A DNA stretch of 64,000 bases from assembly GCA_973895155.1 (NCBI GenBank), contig OZ316899.1, positions 11,213,675 to 11,277,674 of the forward strand. Direction: 5' to 3'. Origin of the DNA: Marsupella aquatica (Eukaryota; Plantae; Marchantiophyta). The notes under the pieces are model-generated. The model did not search any database. It was not told the origin of the DNA and worked only from the letters and a program-made list of their open reading frames with translations. Positions 48,201-61,436 of this stretch are shown here, piece by piece (position 1 is the stretch's first letter; each line of letters starts with the position of its first letter). A program made the translations under genes and the position numbers.

Positions 48201-49319
48201 TCATTCCGCCTAGAAAACCAAAGCCATTACCAAAACTAACTCGCAAATGGAAGTTTGGACTAACCGGGGTGATTCAGGGCAGTTCAATGTCACTAGGGCA
48301 GGTGCATTGATGCTTGTAGCTGCAATGTACCTTAGCGCTCCCAGCAGGTGTATGGTTGCAACTTCAACCTCCCAAGTAAGCTCGGTCCCAGCCGGTCAGT
48401 CTTTTGTGAATCTTGGCCCCCGTCGTCTCACTCCCAAGGTGTCAGTTCTCAGGCAGGAGACAAATTGATCATCTTCGCTTGGACTTTTTACCTTGGCGCC
48501 AAAAGCTTTCACTGGCCTCAAATGCTTTTGTACAAATGTCTGCAACGCCTCAATGTCCTTACCACCAAGAGCTCCTCAGGGATGCCTCACGACAATGTCC
48601 TTACCACCCAATGACTCTCAAGGACGACTCTCCCAAACCAATGCAAACCCCTTGCTGAACTCTTGTGTCCAAACAGAGGCAGATTTGTCAAAAGCGCTTG
48701 CAGTAGTGGACGCAAAAATGTGAAGTGAATGAGCTCCCAACTTCCCTCAAAAAATGTTTACCCTAAACCCTGCTTGTATGCTCCACTCACAAACATGAAG
48801 CACAACGTTATGTTGCAAAGCACAAATGATGGGGCCCGAACACATGGGGCACGGACACTCGATAGTTCCCTTCACAAAAACCCAGTTTGATATGATGACC
48901 AAAGCACACTCACCCTAACCCAAAACTTAGTGCAAACAGGACCCTAAACGCTAATACAGGGCCCATTTCCATTGAGTTGAGCCGTTAGGCTTGATAAGTC
49001 CGCGCCAGAGTCTTGATGTAGGGGAACAATGTGGACTTAATTAGGCAACAAAAGACACAATTTGGGTGAGGGTAAAGGATAACTTTAAATAAATCCCTTT
49101 GGTGACAAAGATGAGGCCGCTTAATCAGTTGTGCCCCACCCTAACCCCCCCCGCCTCCGGGCCCCCCTCGTGGAATTACCTCTATCAAAAGTACCCGTTA
49201 CATGGATCTTTACGGTGCAATGTTAGTTAACGTTGGTGATATATACAAGGCATGTTCCTTAAGCACTGCGCCAAAATGTAGCATGTCGACCGGTCCTTTT
49301 GAAGTATACTCTTATGATG

Positions 49320-49591
49320 AACCCTTGTAAGACTTTGTATTATCCTAGTCTTTGTGTGGACCTTTATTGTGGATTCCAAGAATAAAATCCATGATGTGTA
49401 GAGTGTTCACCCTTCACCAAATAGTAAGTATACTTTTCATAGTCTTTAACTAAACCGGAAAACATTCAAAGTTTTTTATAGTCTTTAACAAAACCTTGGC
49501 AATGGATGCGAGTCATTTAAAGTATGGAAGAAGGACTTAGTGGGCTTAGTCCTATAAGGTATGGTCTAAATTGCCCCGGTTTCTACTAGTG
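49320..49591. mobile_element. Probable right end of another CACTA element
   Basis: ...CCGGTTTCTACTAGTG (reverse complement CACTAGTAGAAACCGG) preceded by repeated TAGTCTTT/AAGACT motifs; partner end not found. Confidence 0.45.
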
Positions 49592-50367
49592 CAATGAAGG
49601 ATTTGAAATGTGGGTTTGTCGCTTCCGACTCTAAGAACGACCCCGCCAACTTCACCGTGCAGGTTATCATCATGAATCACCCCGGGCAGATTGGAAATGG
49701 TTATGCCCCAGTGTTGGATTTCCACACTTCCCACATTGCCATGAAGTTTTCTGAGATTTTGACCAAGGTTGATCAATGATCCAAAAAGGAGCTTAAGAAG
49801 GAGCCCAAGTTCTTGAAGAATGGAGATGTTGGGTTTGTGAAAATGATTCCTACCAAGCCCGTGACTATGGAGACTTTCGTAGACTACCCACCATTGGGAC
49901 ATTTTGCCATGCGTGAAATGAGGCAAACTGTGGCCGTTGGAGTTATCAAGGCCATTGAGAAGAAGGATCCCACTAGTTCCAAGGTTACCAAGGCTGCCGC
50001 CAAGAAGAAGTGAACCGTGCCAATTACATTGTCTTCCAAAGCTGATGCTGCCATGAATGGCCTCTTAGCCTTATCCATCCTGTGTTTAAGTACTTGTTTC
50101 CAAAGAATGTTGTTGGCCCATCAGAAGCAGACTTGGTTGCTGGACAGGCGGTGGCGGGGCTTTGCCACGACTTAAATTTTTGTTTTAATTTTGTGAGGTA
50201 GGTATTGCCGGTCTGCTGAACACAATCCGGGAGATTTTTAAATTTTGTAACGTCAAACTTCTGAGTTCACTTTAAATATTTGTAGAGTTTTCTACACCAA
50301 TGATTGAATGAAATTGAGCCGGACATGCAGCCTTTATTTAAAAAATTTAAAAAATAAGAAGAAAAAA
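49592..50367 (+). pseudogene. EF1A: Elongation factor 1-alpha processed pseudogene, 3' portion with 3' UTR and A-rich tail
   Basis: [41 protein letters not shown]...[15 protein letters not shown]...[25 protein letters not shown]...[10 protein letters not shown]. Internal TGA at 49777, no introns, A-rich run 50340-50367. Confidence 0.92.
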
Positions 50368-50870
50368 GTGACATTGTTTTCCAAGCAAGAAAAGGGAGCT
50401 GCCAAATGATGCACAACATACTATCACTAGCCCCAACTACAGTGCCTGTTCTTTGAACATGAACAGTGGGGAGGAGGGCAATAAAAATGTCACCAAAATA
50501 TATTCTTTATTCAGTCTTTGAAGGTTAATGAAATGATAAAAAAATAAGCATGCAATCATCATCTTGCTATAAAGCGAGAACAAAGTCTTAAGGGCCAGGG
50601 TCTAGAGCGTAGGCTATAGACCGTAACCCCAATACAAACAAAAATGACCATGAATCACAATAATTGTTTTTTAATGAGGATGGACAAAAATGATATTAAC
50701 TTTGAATAAAGACAAAATTGAAATGGGGGGAAGAAAACAAGGACGGGACCAAAATTTGTGAAAATAGCATCGAAATATTATTGTGCAACATTTTTTTCTT
50801 TAATTATGTTTACGTTCAGGCTTGAACGGGTAATTGGGCTAGTTTTAATAATCGTATATAACATTGATAC

Positions 50871-53800
50871 TGTTGTGACATTAATTCTATCAAGATCTCA
50901 ATCAATCCATCAACAACTCCAATTAAAGTATGACCAATTCATGGTCATATATATACAATGTTAGTTAGGGTAGTTATGATCCTATTCATCTCCCTTCTAC
51001 TAATTCGTACCCTTTCAGGTCTCCCTATCCACTGTGTTTGGGATAATATTTGTATTACAACACTCCCCCTAGATTGCTAATAATGTATCATTTGGTGCAA
51101 TCTAATGGGTAATAAATAGTTATCCAAATGTGGTATTTCTAATCTGATTTGCCATCAGGTGTAACCTCATTAAAAACCCTCTGCTTTCTTCTAGGGATAA
51201 AAAGAGTGTTACCACCCACAATGATGGGCCAGAAAAATTTATAATGTATGTGTTCTCTATTTTGTAAATAGAGGTAATGGAAGTTCTCGAGTATTGAAAA
51301 ATATGTGTTTCAGGCTTTGTGCTTTCCTGCTTGTGGTGTATTATGGTTTAGGTCATGTTGGTTGGTGAGTCGACTTATTGTGGGTACTGTAGTCAAGGTT
51401 TCAGGATTGAGAGTCGACGCATGCCGATGCCCTCGCAGTGTTCATTGTGCAGGATTCTAGGTAATGGTTTCGTGAAAAGGTCAGCTCTGTTTTCTTTGGA
51501 AGGGATCCAGACTATGTTGATGTGATCCCCGTGTTGTTCTGCGGTGTAGAAAAATTTCGGTGCTATATGTTTAATTCTGTCTCCTTTTATGAAGCCCTTG
51601 GTGATTTGATTGACGCAGGGTCGGTTGTCTTCAAAGATCGTTGTTGGAGCTGTCAGGTTAGGTCTTCCGGCAGAGGTATGGATGTGGTTGACTAGTTGTC
51701 GAAGCCAAACACATTCTCTACACGCTTCGTAAAGTGCGATCACTTCAGCATGGTTCGATGAGGTAGTGGTGAGTGTCTGCTTGGTGCTTTTCCACGATAC
51801 TGCAGTCCCGCCTTGAAGGAACACATATCCCGTCTGGGATTTAGAATCGTCAGGGTCGGATAGATAACTTGCATCGGCATAGCCCACGAGTTCGTTAGGA
51901 ATCGTATTAGCATAGTATAGTCCCATATCTATTGTGCCTTGCAGGTACCTGAGGACTCGCTTGATGCCATTCCAGTGGCGGATTGTGGGTTGGGAGCTAT
52001 GTCTTGCAAGTAAGTTCACTGCGAACGCTATGTCGGGTCTGGTCTGGTTCGCAAGGTACATCAATGCTCCAATGGCGGAGAGGTAAGGTTTTTCTGGGCC
52101 GAGAAGTAGCTCTGAGTCTGTTCTCTTATGAAATATATCCTTTGTAGGGTCTAATGATCGAAGGTCCATCGGTGTAGTAACCGGATATGACTTGTCCATA
52201 TTGAACTGCGCTAATACCTTGCGTGTGTAAGTAGACTGGTGGATAAAGATGCCTTCCGGTAATGTCTCGATCTGTATACCAAGGCAGTAATTTGGTGTGC
52301 CTATGTCTTTCATTTCGAATGCTGCTTTTAGAGTTGCTATCGTGGTGGCAGTGAGTTCAGGTGTACCAAAAATACTTATGTCGTCGACGTAGATCGCGAT
52401 AATAATGAACTCATCTCCCATATGCTTGATAAATAAGCATGGAGCTATCTCGTGATTCACGAACCCAAGAGCGAGCATTTCTGCCTTAAATCTTTGATAC
52501 CAAATCCTCCCGCTCTGTTTAAGGCCATAAAGAGAGCGGAGGACCTGTACAGCAATCTTGTTCTTGGATTTCTCTTTGCTGACAGTCTTGTTCACAGGTA
52601 TCTTAACCTTGGTGGGACAAGATGGTATAGCATCAAGCTCTGTCTGTTTCTCGAAAATAGTGGGGGTTGATCTGTGGTTGATCAAGTTCGTCTGCATTTC
52701 TGTAGGTACAATCTGGTCTACACCAGACTTTAGATCTGGGGATAATGGGAGAAGTTTCTCCCCCTGAATATGGAATTTAACTCTGTTAATGAGTTCAGGC
52801 GGGGCCTGCATATAGATCTCTGTGTCTAAAACTCCATAGAAATATGCTGTGACGACGTCCATCAGGTGCAGCTTAAGTTTATGAATCAGTGAGAAAGCAA
52901 TCAGGTACCTGTATGTGATGGCGTCCATAACCGGGGCATAGGTGAGGTCATAGTCCTTTCCCCAAATTTGTGTGTATCCCTTTGCAACCAATCGTGCCTT
53001 GTGTCTAATGACTTCACCTTTTGCGTTACGCTTTCTTACCAGTGTAATTCTATATCTTGTCAGGTTCATGTCGGGTGGAGCTGGACAGAGTTTGCCAAAC
53101 ACCTGACGGGAGATAAGTGAGTCGATTTCTGAATTTATGGCTTTTTCCCATAGGGGCCAATCGTCTCGTTTTCGTGCTTCACTGACTGTGTGTGGCTCGG
53201 TTGGATCGGAGGAAATTGTCTCTAATATGAGAAATGAAAAGTTCTCATTAATCGCGGTGTCTTGGCGGATCCAGATGTTCCCTGTGTGTGCATAGTTCAG
53301 GGAAATTTCTTCATTGTCGGCACATGGTTCCGGTATAGTTGAGAGTAAGGTAGTAGTTGGGCGTTTGTTCCTTAGTGTCCGATCCTTGGAACCTGGTGGG
53401 CGTCCTCTTTTTGCTTTGGGTGCTGCTGCAGTTGCTGGCCGTTCGTTGATGGAGATCCGGGCAGGGGTATTTGCTGCCTCTATGTGGGATTTGGTTACAT
53501 TCGCGGCATCATTGAAGGCGTCGGGTAATTTCTCCATCATTTGATGCAGGTGTAATATGCGTTTTACTTCATCATTGGCTTATTTGGTCCTGGGGTCATT
53601 CCAAAACTGGTCCGTAGTTTGCCACTTTAGTTGGGTAGGCTCGAGTATGTCTTGTATGTCGGTGGTGCTCAATGTAGGGAATATCTCCTCGCGGAATTGA
53701 CAGTCATTGTATCTTGCTCGGAATATGTCCGCAGTCGTTGGTTCTAGATATCTTATTATCGAGGGGGAATCAAATCCAACATATATACCGTTCTGGCGCT

Positions 53801-56301
53801 GTGGTCCCATCTTCGTCCTCTTGGGGCCTAGTATAGGAACCATTACTAAGCATCCGAATGTCTTAAGGTGTGATACATCTGGGATGGTTCCGTATGCCAT
53901 GTGGTATGGTGAATATGAATTAAATGCTGACGGTCTGAATTTCAGTAGTTCCGCTCCATGCAGGACGGCGTGTCCCCGAGCTGTAATGGGAAGTTTTGTC
54001 TGCATAAGCGTTGGTCTCGAGATCATTTGTATGCTTTTAATGAATGATTCTGCCGTGCCGTTCTGAAAGTGGACGTAAGCCATTGAGTATTGGACTATTA
54101 TACCTAGTGTAGTGCAGATATCGTCGAAGGCCGGGGATGTAAACTCGCCGGCGTTATCTATCCGGATTGTGCGAATGGGTGAGTTCGGGAATTGCGCTCT
54201 CAGCCTGAGGATCTGAGTAAGTAGGCGCGCCAGGACCAAGTTACGGGTTGAGATAAGTGATACTTGGAACCATTTTGTTGAGGAGCAGATCATCACTAAA
54301 AAGAATCGAAAGGGTCCACTTGGGGGGTCGATGGGGCCACATACGTCAATGTTCAGTTGTTCGAGGAACGCCGGGATCCTGTGTATTGTCTTCGAGGCTG
54401 ATGGTCTGATCTGGAGTTTTCCTTGTGCGCATGCTGGGCAGATTTCCTTCATAGATGTGGGCTTTACCGTATGGGGTATTCCGCAGGTGTCCTTGAGAAT
54501 TCGATGGTACATTGAGGTGCCTGGGTGGCCCAGGCGACGGTGCCACAGCTCAGTAATTGTGGGTGTCTCTGCTTCCACCTTGTATGTGTGTATCGGGGTG
54601 GCATATAGTCCTGGTGGGTGGTATGGTAATGATTCATGTATAATTGGGTCTTCGCCAGTTTCTGTCAGTATCTGTAGTGAGTTATTATTTGGGCCTGAAG
54701 TTGAGCGAATCTGGTAGCCATTTTCGTGGACGTCTTGAAAACTCAATAGGTTCCTGGTCGCGTTGGGTGCGTATATTGCAGAATGTATGTTGATCAGTGT
54801 TTTGTTTGGGAGTAGAATTCTTGCAGGGCCGTGGCCTTTCTCTAAGTTGTTGGTTCCTGTTATGGTCGTCACTAGCCGATTCGATGATGATATCTTTTGG
54901 AAGTAACGTTTGTCTCTTAATATAGTATGTGATGTGCCACTGTCCAGGATACATATGTTGTCGTCAGAGAGGGAGGGGGCCAATTTCTCATCTGTGGCGA
55001 GATGTATCTTTGGGGGTGGCTCAGAGTTCACATACTTGCTGAGGTCTGCATCGATTTCTAGGTAGTTTGCTACCGTCATTGTTTGCGCTGTGGGCAAGCT
55101 TGCCTGATATAATTTGACTAAGTGTGGTTGGGCTCGGCAGTCGCGCTTGATATGTCCGGGGCCGCCGCATCGAAAGCATTGGATGGGTGGTTTCTGGGGG
55201 TCTCGTTGCCAAGAGGTCTTCCTTCGTGGAGATTGTGTCATCGGGGGTTTGTTATATCGTCCTCTCTGGAATCTGGTCTTCGTATATCGTGGGTATTGTT
55301 TGGCGTGGTGTCCCTAGAATCGTCCCTTGCCTTTGAATGTGTCGGCCGCTTTTGTGGAGTTATATTGTATTTCCAGTTTCGGGATAGTTCCTGGTGGTCT
55401 CGTTTTAGAGTTTTGCATCAAGAGTAGGTCGTTCTTCTCTGCCAGGAGCATTACGGCAATGAGGTCTGAGTATTCGGTGAAGTGCATCTGTCGATACTGT
55501 TGGGCTAATGTCATGTTTGCTGCAGGGAAGGTCGACAACGTCTTCTCTATCTGGTCGGCTTCCGAGATTTGTTGTCCGCATACCTTCAATTGGGAGGTGA
55601 TCCGGAATAGTGCGCTGTTGTAGCTTGCTATTGTTGGGTGATCGAGGACTCGGAGGTGTATCCAATCGTTTCGTGCTGCCGGTAGGGAAATCAGTCGGAG
55701 GTGGTCGTATCTCCGCTTGAGCGCATCCCATAGCGCCCTCGGATTGTATTCGTCGAGATATTGGGCCTGTAAGTCTTGGTCTAGGTGATGTCTAAGGATG
55801 AATATGGCTTGAGCCTTGGTCTGTAGGTTTCCATGGTGATCTGCAATTATTATGTCCCCGAGTCCCTTCGCATTGAGGACGATCTCGGCGTTTTGTGACC
55901 AGGATAGGAAATTTGATCCATCGATCTTCAATACTGGGAATTGTAATTTCTCCATGTATAATAAAGTGGCTCGGGGGATTCAGAAGAAATTGTCTGTCTT
56001 CCCGATTGTTTGTCTTTCAGAGGATAGGTGTGTATTGAAATTATCAGAGTTCAACGCGTCTGGTCTCTTTTAGCTCGAGAAAAATCTGAGGCATCAGGTG
56101 CTGATAACGTGTTGTGACATTAATTCTATCAAGATCTCAATCAATCCATCAACAACTCCAATTAAAGTATGACCAATTCATGGTCATATATATACAATGT
56201 TAGTTAGGGTAGTTATGATCCTATTCATCTCCCTTCTACTAATTCGTACCCTTTCAGGTCTCCCTATCCACTGTGTTTGGGATAATATTTGTATTACAAC
56301 A
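50871..56301 (-). mobile_element. Ty1/copia LTR retrotransposon (Bianca-like), second family, full length
   Basis: Identical 192-bp LTRs (50871-51062, 56110-56301), TSD GATAC, PPT AGGGGGAG (51063-51070), PBS CGTTATCAGCACC (56097-56109). Confidence 0.97.
51393..55955 (-). CDS. Copia-2 gag-pol, one frame with two in-frame stops (55314-55316, 53580-53582)
   Basis: CFRCGGPGHIKRDC, ILDSGTSHT, HRRLGH/CPAC, YGLKQSG, IYVDD, GYADA, FEDN; collinear with copia-1. Confidence 0.95.
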
Positions 56302-57383
56302 GATACCATACTCTTTTCTATGCACATCCCTCTTTTCTTATGCACATATGGTATGGTGGCCATAAAGCCCATTTTTTAATGTAAATAGAAATCATGACAA
56401 AAAGCATACATGCTTAAATCATTTGACATACATCATGGTCATGAGTTTTCCCGTCCACATGCTGACTATGGAGTTGTTCTCTAGAGGCTTCACTCTTGGC
56501 CCCAACTCTAGCTTGTAGTTGGCGCATTATAAGATGCATTCTATCAAAATACATATCCCTAGAATGTCCCTTTACTAACTGATAAAAAAATGGGTTCCAA
56601 GTTTACGGTTGGTTTTTAACACTGTCATACCCATACACACCATTTGAGAAAAACGTCTGCCCAAGCTGCCCTATAGCCTGCCCGCACCGGTCCAAGATAA
56701 ATATAATTATATTCATTTTACAGTTAAATTGGAAAATTGGGAATAAAGTTTGACATTTAACTAATATAACTAAAATAGAATTTTTGGACTCTAAGATGTG
56801 GTGGCCGCTATCTCTTGTTCTCCAATTTCTTTGGAGAAAAAACATATTGTGTTTTGAAGTGGAAAATTATTATTATTGCAGTGGCAATTGTTGCCTTGGC
56901 CGGACCCTCCCTCTGAAGGCCTCTGCACCGCAAAAATCCACAACTCACCCTCCCTCCAAGCACGGCCTTGATGACAAGCATGCCCCACGTTCAAATTTTG
57001 GGACTTCGCCTCAAAGCCTGACTCTTGCCGCCGTGCCTCGACCACGCCTCAGTAGTGCCCAGCATCCCTCGCCCCTGCCCCTTGTTGTCCCTCTTTGGCC
57101 CCACGTGCTCCTCGTTGCACCATTGCCTGGACACTACAATAATGATGGATACCACGCCCACCGACGAGGGAGTGACAAGCCCATGCTCCCCACCATGGGG
57201 CCACGCATCTATGAGGAGGGAGGGGAGCGGCTTTTAATAATATTATTATGAGGATGGGAGAGGTCACCTTGCCGGGCGGCCCTATGCTGGCGACCGTGAG
57301 CTGCCTCACACAACCCCTATGAAGGAGGGAGCGACAACCAAGGGAAAGACCAAGGAGACTGAGAGTCAGCGCCGATGGAGAGA

Positions 57384-58947
57384 CACTAGTACATTTTACC
57401 TCCTTTTTCCAATTCTCTCCACATCGGACGCCTTTGTAAAATAAAATTTGAAAACAATACATCCAATACTACTAGCATCGCAACATGCCATTTTAATAGT
57501 ATCGGATATCGACAATCGGACTTCTATCGGAAAGTCCGATGGTGGGAGAATGGGAAAGTCCGATGGTGAGAGAATGGAAAAGTCCGATGCTAGGAGAATG
57601 GGAAAGTCCGAAGCAATCAAAATGGGATATGCATTTCAGCGGACGCGACATGCTCAGGTCACCCATCTCTTCCTTTAATTGGGTTTCTACTTTCATTTGG
57701 AACTATGAGCTAGGTGCCCATCTCCCTTGACATGTGAACTCTTCAAATTTTCTCAACTAATTGGTCACCCATCCCAATTGCTATTCCTCCAACATGAGCT
57801 TAACTTTGTGGTTCTTATTCCTTACATTGTACATGCAAGCTTAGCACTTTTGTTGTTTGACTTAGAGTGTTTGGGGATTTTATACACTTGTGAATTTACT
57901 AAGACCCATGTAATTTGGACCCATTCTTGATCCATTTTTCTCTATCATGAGATTAGATCTTTGCATCAAGTGGCCTATTCTAGTTACCTTGTTACATTCC
58001 CCTAGGAGAAACCAATAGAAATTTGGCAATGGTCATTCATCGATAGTAAAGCCTTCCTTCATTAGATTTGATATGGGATAATTATGGCTTATTAGTTATG
58101 GATGATATTTTGGTCCTTCCAAAGCCTCAGCGTCAATGGCTCCTAATTGTCTCATCTTTTATCAACTATGTTGTTGTTGGACTTGCAACAAAGACTACAT
58201 GGGACAAGCAATCTCCTTCTAGATGATGTATTTTGGACTTGGCATGTTGAGCACATATTTCCGTAAGGGAACAATATGTTGGGTTTTGGGAGGAGGCAAA
58301 AACAACACTCAAGTCCATTTGCCTCAAGTATGAAGTTATTCATGCATACAAGAATGATTGTATCTTTTGGGAAGAGTATGTCGGTGCAACCACATACCCC
58401 ATCTAACACATCAAAACTTTTCATTCTAACACAATCAAAATTTGTCTTTTTGCCACAACCAGACTTTCCCATACTCCCAGCATCGGACTTTCCCATTCTC
58501 CCAGCATCGGACTTTCCCATTCTTCTAGCATCGGACTTTCCCATACTCCCAACATCGGACTTTTCCATTCTCCTAGCATCGGACTATCCCATTCTCCCAA
58601 CATCGGACTTTGCCATGTTAGCACAATCGGATATAATATTCGTTCTTATTAACTACGGAACTTTTCCGATCAATATTGTAACGCACATCATTTTCGTTAC
58701 AAAAAACATCGAACATATCAATCAAAGTTTTTGTTGAGGGATCCGATGTGTTTTCTAACGAATATGATCCATTTTTTAATGCATCGGAAAGGTTCCGTTG
58801 TCAATTATATTGGAAATGAAGATATCCAAAGCCGAGAGTATGGCATATTGCCATTTTGTGATAATTGGAATTTCCGATGCTAAAAGAATCGAACGCCTAT
58901 TGTTCGCAAAAATTGAGCATCGGAAATGAGCTTAATATGTACTAGTG
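57384..58947. mobile_element. Non-autonomous CACTA element (1564 bp)
   Basis: TIRs CACTAGTACAT / ATGTACTAGTG, 3-bp TSD AGA, ATCGGA/TCCGAT subterminal motifs, transposase remnant EEAKTTLKSICLKYEVIHAYKNDCIF near 58290-58370. Confidence 0.9.
57525..58615. repeat. Two arrays of a 24-bp unit (GGAAAGTCCGATGCTGGGAGAATG) in inverted orientation: ~57525-57612 and ~58460-58615
   Basis: Units directly visible on opposite strands. Confidence 0.85.
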
Positions 58948-59470
58948 AGATGATCCGCAACAAAGGAGCCATGATGGAGAGACAATGAATGACAAAGGAG
59001 CAACGAGGGAGAGGGAGCGAGGACAGGGGAGCAGGGACATCCTCCCATACACAGACCCAAAACCCTACAAATTGACTTCCTGAGATGGTCCATACTCCCT
59101 GACCCTGAGATATTGGGGTGCAAAATAGGGTTTAGGTTTAAACCCTAAACCCTTAACCCCCGGGTCCCATCTTTGACCTCTCTTTTCCCGGGTTCCAACT
59201 CCTTGACCCGGTTGTACTTCCCACCCAATTTAAGAACTTGAACATGCATGGGTTGAGGTTCAAGTATATATATGAGGGGATCACCCCCTCTCAAACATCC
59301 AAGATGACTTGGTGTTGGAGAGTAAAGAAGGAAGTCCATTCACCTCCATCCTCAAAATGTCAACTCATCAAGAGCCCGGATAGTGCAACGGGCTTGCTGC
59401 AAACTCTCATGGCATCATACCATGGCACCATTCACCCTGCTAGTATCCGTTCTTTGGCTCCCAACTCAAA

Positions 59471-61436
59471 TGTAAACGGAAAAATTAATTAAGTAGAAAT
59501 TAGTAGCAAAACTCCAAGAAGAAGGCAACGGATAGAGTATTAAAGAAGTGTAGTAGTAGTCGTGAACAATTCTTGAGAAGATGGCTGGAACAGTAAATTA
59601 GAAAGCGCAACAATCCTTGCTATATGGGGTAATGTAGGGTTAGGGTTTTGTTACGAAGGGTGCAATACAAAGTTAGGCGATGGTAGAGACTGTGCTTTAG
59701 GCATAAGAGCAAGACAAAGAAGACAAGTAGGGGAAGTGCAAGGGAATGTTCTTAGCAGAAATCAAAACAATCATATATGCAAACCTGCGGGAGAAGGGAA
59801 ACCCATGTTTCGGTTTATGATTCGAGTCTTAGAAGGAGACTGTCGTGTATGGAACGAGACAGGGCAACAATTATTTGGAATGGATGGTGAGGCTTTCCGA
59901 TGACATTTTACTACCAAGGAAGCTGTTGAAGAATTTTGCAAGGGAATCATGTTATCAAAGTGGAATCTAGTGTTGGGTCAAGAAACCGACCATCGACAAC
60001 GTATTAGCTGGAGGTTAATCGCTGCAGAACGAGTGATTGTTTTCCAGAATATAGTTGAAGCAGGAGAAACATAGGACGTTTATAATTTAACCTTATAGAT
60101 GAGGAACCTAACTGTTAGCAGTTATGAGGTTATGGCTCCGACGACAAACCATTCGTGGAGATGTGTCGTGCAATAACCGCAGGGAGAAGTTGAGTAATTG
60201 CGGGTAGCAGTTGAGTAGCCAAGGCACGTAGTAATTGCAAACAAGCAGTTCAATAACCGTTAAGCAGTTATGTTTGATCAAACATTCGGAGGACACTTTT
60301 GGTAGTATCGCGGAATAGTTGAGAACCGTTAGATCTCGTTGGAACGATAGTATTTAGTCTTGCAATAGTGGAAGGCAAGATGTCACTTATTGCATTAGGA
60401 AATCTGGCTGAAAGGTGAAGCCGTGCTTCCTTGAGATTTCCAGTAGCTTTGCGGAAGTGTTCCCCACTCAGTATGAGTAGAATTTTGAATTCAGAAGTAA
60501 AGAAGTTATGTTGCGAGACAGCCGACGTTGATTATAAATGAATGTCAATTGATGTTAAGAGATGTGAGAAAAGAGTGAGTCTGAATGTGAGAGTATGACT
60601 AACAAGTGGATGTTGTGAGAGAGAGAAGAGTGGTTGTGGTTGAAAGGTACAATCCAATAGGTGAGATTTAACAAGAGAGTTGCGCCTGTTGAAACTGTAA
60701 CCTTAGTAAGAGAATTACATGAGATGGAAATCGTTAAGTCGGTTAATCATTAACCGCAAAGATATATGAAGATTAACTCACTTTGGGTGAGGATTTTGAG
60801 GTATAACACCTTAAGAAGTCAATTTAACAGACAAATAGTGCAAAGCAGAGTCTAGTTGGAGATTGTGTGTTTTGAAGGTGACAATCTAGTCATCATACAC
60901 CTCCATCATAAGGGAGTCATTGTCAGATTGGTGTTTCTATTACGGATAGCCATTCTTGAATTACTCCATCATATACGAAATGGATTGATTACTTTGGAAG
61001 AGAATCAAGAAGACAATTGGATCTGACGCGATCACAATTCCAGGAAGAATGAATCTTGATAACAAGGAAAAAGGGAATCGCTCACTAATTAAACTGAGAC
61101 CAATAGAACTGTGGGTTTGTTCGATTGGTTCACATTTGATTTCCCGTTGGTTGGAGGACACGAGTATTCTGATTTGCATTTTCACTTACCGTGAGTGGTG
61201 TGGGTTCATAGAGATTGTGTATTGAGAAGGATTAGTTTTGACCGAGTGTATTGTACCTAAGAAATGGAAAGAAGAGGTAGATATTGAAGAACTTCTGGCC
61301 AAAATCACAGATCAGGAAAGTGAAAATGAGTTGACAAGTTATCTTTTAGTCGGACGGTTAATTGTTTAATAGAGAAATGAACGGGTAGAAGAACGTTAAT
61401 CATCCGTTAATTGCATGGAAAAATAGGTGTTTAACA
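59471..61436 (+). mobile_element. Solo LTR (1966 bp) of a third family related to gypsy A/B, with degenerate ORF1 (59581-60074), ORF2 (60766-61026) and ORF3 (61049-61369)
   Basis: TGTAAAC...TTTAACA ends, flanks TCAAA/TCAAC (4 of 5 match), no PBS; translations align with the LTR ORFs of A and B. Confidence 0.9.

Noticed and set aside
49594-50013. Functional EF1-alpha gene
   Set aside because: Only the C-terminal third is present, with an internal stop, a small deletion and substitutions at invariant residues.
57525-58615. CRISPR-like array, or repeat proteins from ORFs 57448-57730 and 58152-58737
   Set aside because: Units are contiguous with no unique spacers, there are no cas genes, and they lie inside CACTA TIRs; the ORFs arise from a 24-bp repeat.
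59126-59160. Telomeric repeat or telo-box (TAGGGTTTAGGTTTAAACCCTAAACCC)
   Set aside because: Only two or three imperfect units; too short to call.
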